Below, piece by piece: positions 27,109 to 37,258 of a stretch of DNA of 38,616 nt. The notes below the pieces were generated by a model. The model worked only from the letters and a program-made list of their open reading frames with translations. It was not told the origin of the DNA and did no database searches. Numbering within the stretch: position 1 is the first letter of the stretch; each line of letters opens with the position of its first letter. The stretch is taken from contig JBDRLP010000063.1 of NCBI GenBank assembly GCA_043812975.1, forward strand, positions 1-38,616, given 5' to 3'. Made by a program: the position numbers and the translations under genes. The stretch comes from Candidatus Iainarchaeum sp. Lineage in GTDB: Archaea > Iainarchaeota > Iainarchaeia > Iainarchaeales > Iainarchaeaceae.

Positions 27109-28545
27109 ATGATTCATATTGAAAGCAATAAAATTATTTATACAATGGCAATTATTGCGTTTATTCCAATCCTCATTGTTTGTGCTGGATTCATCCAGAA
27201 TGCGGATTCTTTTGCATCTGCTGATTTGAGTTCCAATATTGTTAATTTGTTTTTTTTGGAAAAATACGGTTATTTAGAGAATGCCGCTGAATGGCAAAAC
27301 GGAAATTATTTAGCTCTTTCATTTTATTTCCCGCTGTCTTTTTTCTTTGCCCTGCCGATTTACAAACTGCTTTTGTTTTTCTCTGTTCCAAATGCGCTTT
27401 CATTAAGCGGTTTTGCGGTTATGCTTTTATCCGTGATTTTTTTACTTTTTATTGCAAAAAAAGAGTTTGCGAGTTTATCTTTAGGAATTATTTTTCTTTC
27501 TCTGGCTTTTTTTAATAAAATTTCAATTAATACTTTTTTTGAAACCCAAAGAATGGCCACTATTTTTGCATGGATTTTCTTTTTAGCATTTATGTTCAAA
27601 TGTTTCCGTATTTTTAATAAAAAAGAATTCTCTTTCAAGGATGCGGTTTTCGTCGGCCTAACATGGTCTCTTTCAGTAATGGCTTATGCGCATTTCCTGT
27701 TATATGGTTTGTTTGTTTTCCCGTTTATTTTACTCATTAATAAGTTTGATTTTAAAAAAATCGGAATTGTGGCATTTTTAGTTTCATTAAATCTTATCTG
27801 GATTATTCCTGCATTCAGTTCTTATTCAGATTCTGCTATTTCAATAATGTCCTGGTTTTCAAACATTCCCTTAACTTTTTTTGCTTTTTCACTTTTGGTT
27901 TTGTCTGCACTTATTTATTTTTCTTTTAGTGAAAAAAATGAGGTGACAAAAAAATTCCTAAAATTTAATGCATTGATATTCGCATTTATTGTTTCAGGAG
28001 TATCAAGTTTCATCCCTGTTTTGAACAAGTTCATGTTTACCTTATATCTTCAGTACTTCACAGTTGTTGCAGTATATTTTTTAATCATGAAAATTTTGTC
28101 TTCAGATAAAAAAGTTCTTTATTCAGTGTTCTTGGTTGTCCTTGCTTCATCAGCATATTCAGCGGTTTATTTTTCTGATTTTAGTGATAGGGCCAATTTT
28201 AATAATACTATTTGCAAGGAAGCAGATGGTATTGCTGAGGATATAATAGAACCTTACATGTTTATTGGTGATTCGAAAGGATGTTACATTTCTGGTTATT
28301 TAGCCGCACAACATGGCAAGGTAACTTTATTTGACGGACTTTCTTATTCGCTTCCCATTCATTTGTATGAATCATATAATGAAATAAAAACAGAAATTGA
28401 GGTTGATTGTGATTCAACAGTTAAACTCATGAAAAAATTAAAAGCAGGTTCTGTTATTTGTACAAATGAATTTTGCGAAAAATTAAATTGTATTGAAACA
28501 ATTGCATCTACTGAAAATCTGCAGGTTAAATCACTGAATAATTAG
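27109..28545 (+). CDS. Polytopic membrane protein, GT-C-like (hypothetical)
   Basis: Multi-TM; first loop 'SADLSSN...WQNG...FYFPLSF'; Cys-rich soluble C-terminus. Confidence 0.5.
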   Translation: MIHIESNKIIYTMAIIAFIPILIVCAGFIQNADSFASADLSSNIVNLFFLEKYGYLENAAEWQNGNYLALSFYFPLSFFFALPIYKLLLFFSVPNALSLSGFAVMLLSVIFLLFIAKKEFASLSLGIIFLSLAFFNKISINTFFETQRMATIFAWIFFLAFMFKCFRIFNKKEFSFKDAVFVGLTWSLSVMAYAHFLLYGLFVFPFILLINKFDFKKIGIVAFLVSLNLIWIIPAFSSYSDSAISIMSWFSNIPLTFFAFSLLVLSALIYFSFSEKNEVTKKFLKFNALIFAFIVSGVSSFIPVLNKFMFTLYLQYFTVVAVYFLIMKILSSDKKVLYSVFLVVLASSAYSAVYFSDFSDRANFNNTICKEADGIAEDIIEPYMFIGDSKGCYISGYLAAQHGKVTLFDGLSYSLPIHLYESYNEIKTEIEVDCDSTVKLMKKLKAGSVICTNEFCEKLNCIETIASTENLQVKSLNN

Positions 28546-29510
28546 TTTTTTTTGTACCAATCAATCGCATGTTTTAATCCTGATTCAAATGGTTCTTTTG
28601 CTTCAAAACCGAGTATTTTTTTTGCCTTTGAATTATCGCTTGCTCTTCTTGGCTGGCCGTCAGGATAACTTGAATCTAATACAAGTTTCTTTTTTGATCC
28701 GGATATTTTTAGTATCATTTCAGCAAGTTCTTTTATGCTGATTTCCTGGTCGCTTCCGAGATTTAAGGGATCCGCAACAGGGTATTTTTCACAAACTTCA
28801 AGCAGACCTTTAGCAAGATCTTTGACATAAATAAACGATCTTGTTTGTTTTCCGGAGCCCCAAACAACCATTTTATCTCCTTTTGCAAAGGCTTTTTTTA
28901 TCAATGCAGCGATTACATGGGATATGCTATCATCATACTTGTCCCGCGGACCATAAGCATTATAGGGTCTTGCAATAGCTATTTTCATCCCGAATTCTTC
29001 ATAATACGCTTTTGCCTGTATTTCGGCCAGTCTTTTTGCCCAGCCATAACCGTAATTTGTCGGTTCAGGGCTATCTTTGAATCCTTCGCTTTCAGGAGTT
29101 GGAATTGTTACTTTTCTTGGATAAACACAAGCACTGCTGACAACCAAAAATCGTTCAATTCCTTCAATACGGCTTGCCTCCAGTATGTTGGTGTTCATGA
29201 TAATATTTTCAGTTAATATTGAACCTGGGTGTTTAATGTTATACTCTATACCTGCAACATTACTGGCAAGGTTCAGTACAATGTCCATATTTTTTACTGC
29301 TTTTTTACAGTCTTTTTCATTAGAAAGGTCGGCTTTAATTATTTTGATTTTTTCAGGATTTTCAATATTCTGTTTGATTTTTTTGCTTTTGGAATCTCTC
29401 ACGGTTATTGTGGTATTTGCGCCTAATTTAATCAGTTCATCAACTACATGGCTTCCTACAAAACCAGCTCCGCCTGTTACCAATACATTTTTGTTTTTAT
29501 AAAATGACAT
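28542..29510 (-). CDS. GDP-L-fucose synthase-like extended SDR (3,5-epimerase/4-reductase)
   Basis: 'TGGAGFVGSH', 'LASNVAGIEYNIKHP', 'SSACVYP', 'PEPTNYGYGWAK', 'SHVIAALI', 'VWGSG..TRSF', 'PDGQPRR'. Confidence 0.85.
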   Translation of the reverse strand: MSFYKNKNVLVTGGAGFVGSHVVDELIKLGANTTITVRDSKSKKIKQNIENPEKIKIIKADLSNEKDCKKAVKNMDIVLNLASNVAGIEYNIKHPGSILTENIIMNTNILEASRIEGIERFLVVSSACVYPRKVTIPTPESEGFKDSPEPTNYGYGWAKRLAEIQAKAYYEEFGMKIAIARPYNAYGPRDKYDDSISHVIAALIKKAFAKGDKMVVWGSGKQTRSFIYVKDLAKGLLEVCEKYPVADPLNLGSDQEISIKELAEMILKISGSKKKLVLDSSYPDGQPRRASDNSKAKKILGFEAKEPFESGLKHAIDWYKKN

Positions 29511-29637
29511 AATTAAAATCCCTTATTTTTAATGTGTTTTTTCCATCCTGCATTATTGTGAATATTAAATAATATTTTTATAACATTATGTATTTTTAGT
29601 TTTTGAATAACTAATTGAAGATTCATAGTTATACAAT

Positions 29638-30888
29638 TTATCTTCCTTCAAATTCTATTAAATTAAAAACTTTGTATCCTGCTTTTTCAAGTTTATTTTT
29701 TCCGCCTAACTCCGGGAGGTCGACTATAAAACTGCATTCAACAATTTCTCCGCCAAGTTTAGTAATCAGTTTACATGCAGCCAATGCGGTTCCTCCTGTT
29801 GCTATTAAATCATCGGCAAGCAGAACCTTATCTCCTTTTTCAATTGCATCTTTATGAATCTCTATTTTATCTTTTCCATATTCAAGATCATATTCTTCAA
29901 AAATTGTTTCAGCAGGAAGTTTGCCGGGTTTTCTGATTAAAACAAAGCCTAATCCTAATCTATTAGCCAGAACTGCGCCTGTGATAAAACCTCTGGATTC
30001 TATTCCAACAACAACATCGATTTTTTTATTTTTGTACCTTTCCACCAGCAAATCAATCATCTGATTAAAACCGCCTTTGTCTTTGAGAAGAGTTGTGATG
30101 TCCCTGAACATTATGCCTTTTTTTGGCCAGTTTGGAACAGTTCTTATTTTCGATTTTATAATTTTTTGAATATCAATTTTTTCTTTTTTATTTTCTTTTA
30201 AATTCGAAATCAGTTCCTTCACAAGTAAGAATGAGTTTTTTGATGCTACTCTGCAGAATTCCGTAAAATCAACTGCTGCTGAGTGATCGGCTTTATCTGA
30301 AATTGACCGGATAATTAAATGATGCGTATTATTTAATCCGCATACATGTGCTACCGCAGCACTTTCCATGTCAACACAATCTCCCCTGAATTCTTTTCTT
30401 AGTGATTCGGATTTTTCTTTTGTGGTTATGAATTGGTCTCCTGTAAGTATTCTTCCCTCAATTGCATTCAATCCGATTGATTTTGCTGCAGTAGAAGCAA
30501 CTTTTCTTAGTTCTTCAGAAGCTGTAAAAATTCTTAATTCAGTGAAGGGAATTTGACCTTTTTCAAAGCCTAAATCTTCAGCATTGATATCATGCTGAAT
30601 ACTATCTTTGGAGATAACTATATCTTTTATATTTAAATCTGGGTTGAGTGCTCCTGCAACACCAGTAAATATAATTGATGTTACTTTGAAATTAATAATC
30701 AATATTTGAGTGCATATTGCAGAATTAACTTTTCCTGCACCGGATTTTACAATCACAACTTCTTTTCCTGCAAGTTTTCCTGAAAAAAATGTAAATCCGC
30801 ACAATTCTGTTTTAATCGTTCCTTCTAACTCAGATAAGTATAATTCTATTTCTTCATCCATTGCCCCGATTAGACCTATTTTTTGCAT
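29638..30888 (-). CDS. mtnN-apt: Fused 5'-methylthioadenosine/S-adenosylhomocysteine nucleosidase (aa ~1-230) and adenine phosphoribosyltransferase (aa ~240-416)
   Basis: MtnN: 'IGAMDEE', 'GKVNSA', 'TGVAG', 'TGDQF', 'DMESAA', 'RSISD'. Apt: '[18 protein letters not shown]', 'GIESRGF', 'RKPGKLP', 'YDLEYG', PRPP motif '[13 protein letters not shown]'. One uninterrupted frame. Confidence 0.93.
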   Translation of the reverse strand: MQKIGLIGAMDEEIELYLSELEGTIKTELCGFTFFSGKLAGKEVVIVKSGAGKVNSAICTQILIINFKVTSIIFTGVAGALNPDLNIKDIVISKDSIQHDINAEDLGFEKGQIPFTELRIFTASEELRKVASTAAKSIGLNAIEGRILTGDQFITTKEKSESLRKEFRGDCVDMESAAVAHVCGLNNTHHLIIRSISDKADHSAAVDFTEFCRVASKNSFLLVKELISNLKENKKEKIDIQKIIKSKIRTVPNWPKKGIMFRDITTLLKDKGGFNQMIDLLVERYKNKKIDVVVGIESRGFITGAVLANRLGLGFVLIRKPGKLPAETIFEEYDLEYGKDKIEIHKDAIEKGDKVLLADDLIATGGTALAACKLITKLGGEIVECSFIVDLPELGGKNKLEKAGYKVFNLIEFEGR

Positions 30889-30945
30889 AATACTTTTTCC
30901 CCCAGTTAATTTTAACTTTGTTTATATTTATTTGGATTTTTCAAA

Positions 30946-32259
30946 TTAGAAATTTTTGACCATTTTACGGGATTTAATGTATTCAAGAGATTTTTTCCTT
31001 TCTTCTTTTAATTCCTCGTTTGACATCACATCATGCTTGAAAATAAAATCTGCATCCATTTCTTCTTCCTTTCCAAGACCGAGTGTCATTATATATTTTT
31101 TGAAATCCTCTTCATCCATTTCCAAACCGAATGTTTGCATATTGTCGTGAATGTCACATCCAGGAAACGGAACCAAAGTTGAAACATCAACTGCGTCAGG
31201 ATTTGTTTCATCACAGAATTGTATTAATCGATCAGCATAACCGAGTTTTTCTCCAGGCAGACCTATTATGAAAAAAGTCCTTACCTGCATTCCTACTTTT
31301 TTCGCGATTTTTATAGCGCTTTTTACATCTTCAATTTTTATTCCTTTGTTTATTTTTTCAATTACATTCGGATCAAGAGACTCAACACCGTAAGAAATTT
31401 CTTCGCATCCTGCATCTTTCATCAGTTGTAAAATTTCTTCAGTTATTTGGTCAACTCTTGTTCCTGCTCTCCACCTGATTTTAAACGGCTTTATTTTTTC
31501 GCAAACTTCTTTTATCCAGTCTTTTCTTGCAGTAATAGTGTCATCGTGAAATCTAAAATTTTTCACATTATATTTTTCTATAATATATTTTATTTCTTTT
31601 ACAACATTTTCAGGAGTTCTTAATCTTAATCTTCTTTGCCACATTTTTTTGCTTGCACAGAATGCACAATTGAAAGGGCATCCTCTTGAAGTAATTACTG
31701 TTGCCGTGGGACCTGCTCCTACAAAAAGCCCGTTTGCACTGAAAACATTTTCAAAAGGCAACATATCTCTGGCAGGAAATGGAATGCTATCCAGATCTTT
31801 AATAAGGTCACTTTGGTAAAATCTTTTTTCATTATTGCCTTTTCTAAAATCATTTAATATTTCCAATATTGTGTTTTCGCCTTCTCCTATTCCGATTTTG
31901 TCAAAAATAGGATCTATTTTATTAGGCACAGATGTTGCATGTATTCCTCCGATTATTGCCCAAGAATTTTTATTTTTGGATTTTGCGATTTCGGCGATTT
32001 TTTTGGCTGCGAGATAATCAGGAGTAGTGGCGGTCAGTGCATAAACATCTGATTTTCCTATATGCTTTGAGAATTCTTCTGGAGCTTTACATCTCAGATC
32101 AGTTATGACAACATTGTACCCTTCTTTTAGAGTAACCGCTGCTAAGTACATTATACCAAGTTCTGGGTTTCTCATTTCATCTCCAAGATAAGGTTTTGGA
32201 GGTATTAAAAATTCTATTTTTGTGTCCTTTTTTTCTATTATTTTTTTTTCAGAATCCAT
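30946..32259 (-). CDS. Cobalamin-binding radical SAM protein (class B methylase-like)
   Basis: 'ELGIMYLAA', 'IGGIHAT', 'GEGE', 'TSRGCPFNCAFC', 'FHDDT', 'YGVES', 'FIIGLPGE', 'PFPG'. Confidence 0.92.
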   Translation of the reverse strand: MDSEKKIIEKKDTKIEFLIPPKPYLGDEMRNPELGIMYLAAVTLKEGYNVVITDLRCKAPEEFSKHIGKSDVYALTATTPDYLAAKKIAEIAKSKNKNSWAIIGGIHATSVPNKIDPIFDKIGIGEGENTILEILNDFRKGNNEKRFYQSDLIKDLDSIPFPARDMLPFENVFSANGLFVGAGPTATVITSRGCPFNCAFCASKKMWQRRLRLRTPENVVKEIKYIIEKYNVKNFRFHDDTITARKDWIKEVCEKIKPFKIRWRAGTRVDQITEEILQLMKDAGCEEISYGVESLDPNVIEKINKGIKIEDVKSAIKIAKKVGMQVRTFFIIGLPGEKLGYADRLIQFCDETNPDAVDVSTLVPFPGCDIHDNMQTFGLEMDEEDFKKYIMTLGLGKEEEMDADFIFKHDVMSNEELKEERKKSLEYIKSRKMVKNF

Positions 32260-32300
32260 TTAAACACTCAATAAACCATAAATTGAACCTTTTAAAAAAA

Positions 32301-33398
32301 CTATTCCTTAAGCAATCCTCTTAATTTTTGTTTAAATGCACTTATAGAAAGAGTTTGTTCAAAAAATTTCCTCGAATTAAAACCCATTTCCTTAATTTCT
32401 TTTTTGTTTTTTTGCGAGAATTCCAGCATTAAATCCGCCAGTTTTTTGTAATCATTCTGTGGAAATGTTTTCCCACAATTATTATCATCAATTATTTCTT
32501 TCAAATCCCCGGTGGAAGTGCTTAGAATAGGTTTTCCAAGTTCAAGATAAGTAGAAATCTTATGTGGGTAGGTGTATTCTGCAAAATCTCCCCTGTAACC
32601 GCAGAGAAGAACATCACAGCTCTCAAGAGCATCTAAAAATTCTTTGTCATCAACTCTGCCCAGAAATTCAATATTTTTTTCCGGAATTTTGGAGTATTTT
32701 TCTTTATCAACTCCCGCAAAAACAAATTTCAATTCAGAATCTTTCTTCAGGCACAATTTGGCTGCTTTCAGTAGCGTGTCAACTCCCTGATAATAAGCAT
32801 CATTCCCTCCATATCCAAAAACAAAACCATTGTGGTTTTTTCCATTTTTTTCCGCAGTGCTTTTCACAGGCCCGTAAATTAGATATATTTTGCTTTTCAT
32901 AAACCCATATTTTTTCTCTAAATAAATTCCCATTTTTTTGCTTGGAATAACTATCTTGTCTGCACTTTTCACTGCTATCCATTCGCATATGCGAATGAGA
33001 AAATTTTTTTGAAATTTTCCAAGTGAATGAATTTCTAAAATATGTTCGCAGCCAAAAAGCAAACGATAAAAAGCGACAACACAACCCGCAACAAGCGCTA
33101 TTGAATAAATTTTTTTAGGCCTCTCTTTCACAAGTTTTATGAAAAGTATAGCCATTACAATCGGCTCTCTGAAAAGCTGCGTTACTGCATAAATCCCCGG
33201 AAGTTTTCTTAATTTGCTTTGCCCCAATCCATCGAGTTTTTTTGTAAAATCTATTGTGTTTGAATTGTAGCTGCTTGTTGAGAGTACCTTAATTTTAGTT
33301 ATTTCTCCAAGTGAATCGATTGTTGTTCTGGTTCTTGTCGGAGTTCCGGTTTTTGTTTTCAAATCAAAATTCGTGACTACATATAACAGTTTATTCAT
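32301..33398 (-). CDS. GT4 glycosyltransferase
   Basis: 'ADKIVIPS', 'YQGVDTLLKA', 'FLGRV', 'YPHKISTYLELGKPI'. Confidence 0.85.
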   Translation of the reverse strand: MNKLLYVVTNFDLKTKTGTPTRTRTTIDSLGEITKIKVLSTSSYNSNTIDFTKKLDGLGQSKLRKLPGIYAVTQLFREPIVMAILFIKLVKERPKKIYSIALVAGCVVAFYRLLFGCEHILEIHSLGKFQKNFLIRICEWIAVKSADKIVIPSKKMGIYLEKKYGFMKSKIYLIYGPVKSTAEKNGKNHNGFVFGYGGNDAYYQGVDTLLKAAKLCLKKDSELKFVFAGVDKEKYSKIPEKNIEFLGRVDDKEFLDALESCDVLLCGYRGDFAEYTYPHKISTYLELGKPILSTSTGDLKEIIDDNNCGKTFPQNDYKKLADLMLEFSQKNKKEIKEMGFNSRKFFEQTLSISAFKQKLRGLLKE

Positions 33399-33553
33399 TG
33401 TATTGCCTCAAAAACTTAATCAGAGAGAAACTGCTTTTTTTGATATCTCTTCTCATAACTCTTGGTTTGTGCTTTTTATAATCTTTTGGTACAGGGATAC
33501 TAATTCCTTTTTATTGAACTATTTTTATGGTTAACTAACTATCAATTAATTCT

Positions 33554-35083
33554 ATGAATCTCCCCTCAACAGATTTTTTTAAACATAATTTTGAATCTAA
33601 GATTATAGCAATAGCTGTTTGTGTTTACATTTTATCCTTTCTGATTTTTTACCCGTCTTTTTATGCTTCAATAGATGAACATGGTTATCTGCAGAATACA
33701 GTCCGTCTTGCAAATGGCTCTATAGGGGAACCAGATGCTGAATATGCTGGAAGAGCCATATTTAATGGAGAAGAATATATTTCCACAAGAGTCATCGGGA
33801 AATCAGTTTTTCTTCTTCCATTCATAGTTTTTGGTTTGAGCGGTGCAATGTTTTCAGGTCTTGTTATTCACCTTCTGAATTTTTGCATTCTACTTTTGCT
33901 GTTCAGAAAAATCAAAATTAATAAAATGTTTTCCTTGCTTTACCTTCTTCTGCCGACTTTTGTTTGGGCATCAAGAACTCTTTATCCGGGTTTACTTGTA
34001 CTCACATTTTTCCTTGCTGCATTTTATTTTTATTTCTCTGAAAAAAAGAAGCACAGTTTTTTCACTGGTCTTTTTTTCGGGCTGGCAGTATTAACCCGAA
34101 ATGATGCAGCCTATGGAGTTGTTGCCCTGTTAGTAGTAATGCTTTTCAAGGACAGAGAAAAATTATTTTACACAGTGCTTGGCGGAATAGCACCAGCTCT
34201 TGCACTATTTTCAATTAATTATTTCCTGTATGGAGGTGCCTTATCAACCGGTTCTGGAAGCATTTCTAATCTTCTATTCAATTATGCATCTGACAACATT
34301 GTAACTTTTGCAGTTTACGTTGCATTGCTCATGGTTTTTTTGCCTCTGATTCTAATCTCGCCTTTCTTTGAGAAAAAAACAGGGGCCAAGTGGGAGTTTG
34401 CTGCATTTTCCATTGCTTATCTTGTGATGAACAGCACGTTTACAAACTTTTTCACATTTGAATTCTCATTCCATTCATTGGTGACATCGAGAATGCGTTA
34501 CCTAATTCCTTTAATCGGAGTCTTACTAATTCCTTACTCTGCTTTTCTGACAGAGCTATCAGAAAAAGGATTTGCAAAAAAGCACTTTAAAAAAATAGTC
34601 GTAGTTGTTTTAGTGTTACTTTCAGTTGGCACAATTGTTTTGTCTTCCGTCCATGCAGATTTTTTGCATGAGAAACGGACATTAGTTTTCGAATCGGTTT
34701 ACTCAAATACTCCTGCTAATGCATTAATTGTCGGAAGCAGTGATGATGCGATGTTTTTTGTGAAAAAACTTTTTCCTGACAGAAAATATCTCAACATAAA
34801 CCCTGGTTCAGATCTCGGCGGAAACCCTGAGAATATCAGAGTGATTGAAAAAATTAAAGAAAATAAGGAATCTTATCTTTTACTGATATCCTATACTCAT
34901 GTTGAGGAAAAAAATTCTCCAAGATCTGAACTAGTTGACTCTGAGAGGAAAGAAATATTCAATTTTTATGAAGCTAATGCAGAGTCATTTGATTTGATTG
35001 CTTTTGAGCCTGAAATACAGATGTGGCTGTATAAGTATAATGGCGGAGAACTAAAAAATTCTGTGTCAGGTGAACAAAAGTGA
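33554..35083 (+). CDS. GT-C (ArnT/PMT-like) membrane glycosyltransferase
   Basis: 'SIDEHGY' DE motif after TM1, 'GLFFGLAVLTR', 'RYLIP', soluble C-terminal domain. Confidence 0.7.
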   Translation: MNLPSTDFFKHNFESKIIAIAVCVYILSFLIFYPSFYASIDEHGYLQNTVRLANGSIGEPDAEYAGRAIFNGEEYISTRVIGKSVFLLPFIVFGLSGAMFSGLVIHLLNFCILLLLFRKIKINKMFSLLYLLLPTFVWASRTLYPGLLVLTFFLAAFYFYFSEKKKHSFFTGLFFGLAVLTRNDAAYGVVALLVVMLFKDREKLFYTVLGGIAPALALFSINYFLYGGALSTGSGSISNLLFNYASDNIVTFAVYVALLMVFLPLILISPFFEKKTGAKWEFAAFSIAYLVMNSTFTNFFTFEFSFHSLVTSRMRYLIPLIGVLLIPYSAFLTELSEKGFAKKHFKKIVVVVLVLLSVGTIVLSSVHADFLHEKRTLVFESVYSNTPANALIVGSSDDAMFFVKKLFPDRKYLNINPGSDLGGNPENIRVIEKIKENKESYLLLISYTHVEEKNSPRSELVDSERKEIFNFYEANAESFDLIAFEPEIQMWLYKYNGGELKNSVSGEQK

Positions 35084-36171
35084 ATGTTCTAATGCATGCG
35101 GCAGGCCCATTCTTTGAAGAAGGAGGCGTGAGCAGGGTTGTAATTGAGTTATCTCGTGAACTGCGGTTGAAAGGAGTTGAGGTTGATTTTATTTTTGGAA
35201 CCAATCCGGAAAATTACCCTAATGTGGATTCTTATCTGGACTTCCTCAAAGGCCCGTTGAAAATAATAAAGCATTCTTCATTAACCGGATTGTTATTTTC
35301 AAACAAAATAGCGGGAAGAAAATATGATGTTATACATTCACATACTCCGGAAGCTGCTTTTGATTCGCTGAAATTTTCCTCTAAAACCAGGACAAAAACT
35401 CTTGTTCATTTGCATGGTTTTGACAAGAGCCTTCATGAGGAATGGCTCAAGGAAATAAAATTGAACAGACTTCAAAATGATTTTTTTACAAATTATTATC
35501 TGAGAAAATCGATTTCAAAAGGTGACAAGGTATTTGATAAATGTGAAAATTTCTGTGCGATTTCAAGAAGCGTGATTAGTGAAGCAGAAAAATTTTACAG
35601 CAAAACACCTGCGCTGGTTTACAATGCATTTAATCCTGAAGAAAAAAAGTTCTCGATTTCCCAAACTACACTAAGAAAAAAACTCGGGTTAGGTAAGGAT
35701 GAAAAGATTGTGCTTTTTGTTGGAAACAACGGCTGGCGTAAAGGCCTTCCTTATCTTTTGGATGCAATGGAAATTCTCCCATCTAATTACAGGCTTGTTG
35801 TTATAGGTTTGAATGAAACAATCAATAATAAAAAAGTGATTAATATTGGATGTTTACCTCATACTGCTTTGTTTGATTATTATGCTTTGGCAGATGTTTT
35901 TTGCATGCCGTCTCTCTATGAACCTTTTGGTCTCGTTTATCTTGAGGCACAGTCATGTGAAACTCCATGCGTGGGTTCCTTTGGTACCGGCGCAGAGGAA
36001 TTAATTACAGATAAAAGAAATGGATTTCTAGCAAAAAAAAGAGATTTTCAAAGCATTGCGGATTCGATTGAAAAGGCAGTAGAAATCAAGGGGAAAATTA
36101 AAACTGATTTTAAGAAATTCTCTTGGGAAAAATCCGCCAAAGAACTTCTGAAAATTTACGATTCATTGTGA
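35080..36171 (+). CDS. GT4 glycosyltransferase
   Basis: 'GGV', 'DVIHSH', 'LFVG...RKG', 'PSLYEPFGLVYLEA'; GTG start 6 nt after GGTGA. Confidence 0.92.
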   Translation: MNVLMHAAGPFFEEGGVSRVVIELSRELRLKGVEVDFIFGTNPENYPNVDSYLDFLKGPLKIIKHSSLTGLLFSNKIAGRKYDVIHSHTPEAAFDSLKFSSKTRTKTLVHLHGFDKSLHEEWLKEIKLNRLQNDFFTNYYLRKSISKGDKVFDKCENFCAISRSVISEAEKFYSKTPALVYNAFNPEEKKFSISQTTLRKKLGLGKDEKIVLFVGNNGWRKGLPYLLDAMEILPSNYRLVVIGLNETINNKKVINIGCLPHTALFDYYALADVFCMPSLYEPFGLVYLEAQSCETPCVGSFGTGAEELITDKRNGFLAKKRDFQSIADSIEKAVEIKGKIKTDFKKFSWEKSAKELLKIYDSL

Positions 36172-36181
36172 TTTAAATAAA

Positions 36182-37234
36182 TTAATCAGTTTTCCACCAT
36201 CTTTCAGGGAATTTTTTTGCAAGGATTTCATCCCCTTCTCCAACAGGCTCAAGACCTACGGCTCTCATGTCTGCATCAACCATTATTTTTATCAAGTCAT
36301 CAAAACCTATTTTGAATTTCCAATCTAATATCTTTTTGGATTTTGAAGTGTCCGCCTTAAGTACTTTCACTTCTGTAGGTCTGAAATATTTTTCATCAAT
36401 AATAAGATATTTGTCATAATTAATTCCTGCATATTCAAATGCTTTTTCCACAAATTCTTTGACTGAATGGGTTTCTCCGGTTCCGATGACAAAATCTTCA
36501 GGATTTTCTTGTTGCATCATCTTCCACATGAATTCAGTATATTCAGGTGCGAATCCCCAATCTCTTTTCGCATCCATGTTTCCAAGATAAAGCTTTTCTT
36601 GTTTTTTTGCTAAGATATTTGCAATTGCGCTTGTGACTTTTTTTGTAAGGAATGTTTTTCCTCTTCTTGGGGATTCATGATTGAAAAGTATTCCATTACA
36701 TGTAAAAATATTGTAAGCATCACGATAATTTATAGTCATGTAATATGCATAGGCTTTTGCGGCAGCATAAGGGCTTTGAGGCTGAAAAGGGGTTGTTTCG
36801 GACTGTGGAGGTGGCGATGAACCAAACATTTCACTACTTGAAGCCTGATAAAATTTTGTTTTCATTTTACTTTTTCTAAGAACTTCAAGAATTCGGGTGG
36901 TGCTTAGGCCAGTTACATTGCCGGTATACTCTGGAATGTCAAAGCTGACTCTTACATCGCTTTGTGCACCCAGATGATAAATTTCGTCTGGCTTGGTGTT
37001 GTATATAAGATTTGACAGTTGCCCAGAATCTGACAAATCTCCATAATGTAAAAACATTTTTGCCTTAGGGTCATGGATGTCAAGCAATATATGGTCAATC
37101 CGTTCAGTATTGAAAGTTGAAGCCCTCCTAATAATTCCATGTACAATGTAACCCTTACTTAAAAGAAGCTCGGCAAGATATGAACCGTCTTGGCCGGTTA
37201 TCCCAGTTATAAGTGCTGTTTTTTTCTTTGCCAT
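36182..37234 (-). CDS. gmd: GDP-mannose 4,6-dehydratase
   Basis: 'ITGITGQDGSYLAE', 'RRASTFNT', 'QASSSEMFG', 'SPYAAAK', 'LFNHESPRRG', 'RDWG', 'YFRPTEV'. Confidence 0.96.
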   Translation of the reverse strand: MAKKKTALITGITGQDGSYLAELLLSKGYIVHGIIRRASTFNTERIDHILLDIHDPKAKMFLHYGDLSDSGQLSNLIYNTKPDEIYHLGAQSDVRVSFDIPEYTGNVTGLSTTRILEVLRKSKMKTKFYQASSSEMFGSSPPPQSETTPFQPQSPYAAAKAYAYYMTINYRDAYNIFTCNGILFNHESPRRGKTFLTKKVTSAIANILAKKQEKLYLGNMDAKRDWGFAPEYTEFMWKMMQQENPEDFVIGTGETHSVKEFVEKAFEYAGINYDKYLIIDEKYFRPTEVKVLKADTSKSKKILDWKFKIGFDDLIKIMVDADMRAVGLEPVGEGDEILAKKFPERWWKTD

Positions 37235-37258
37235 CAATATAACTTTTGTGTTATCTAT

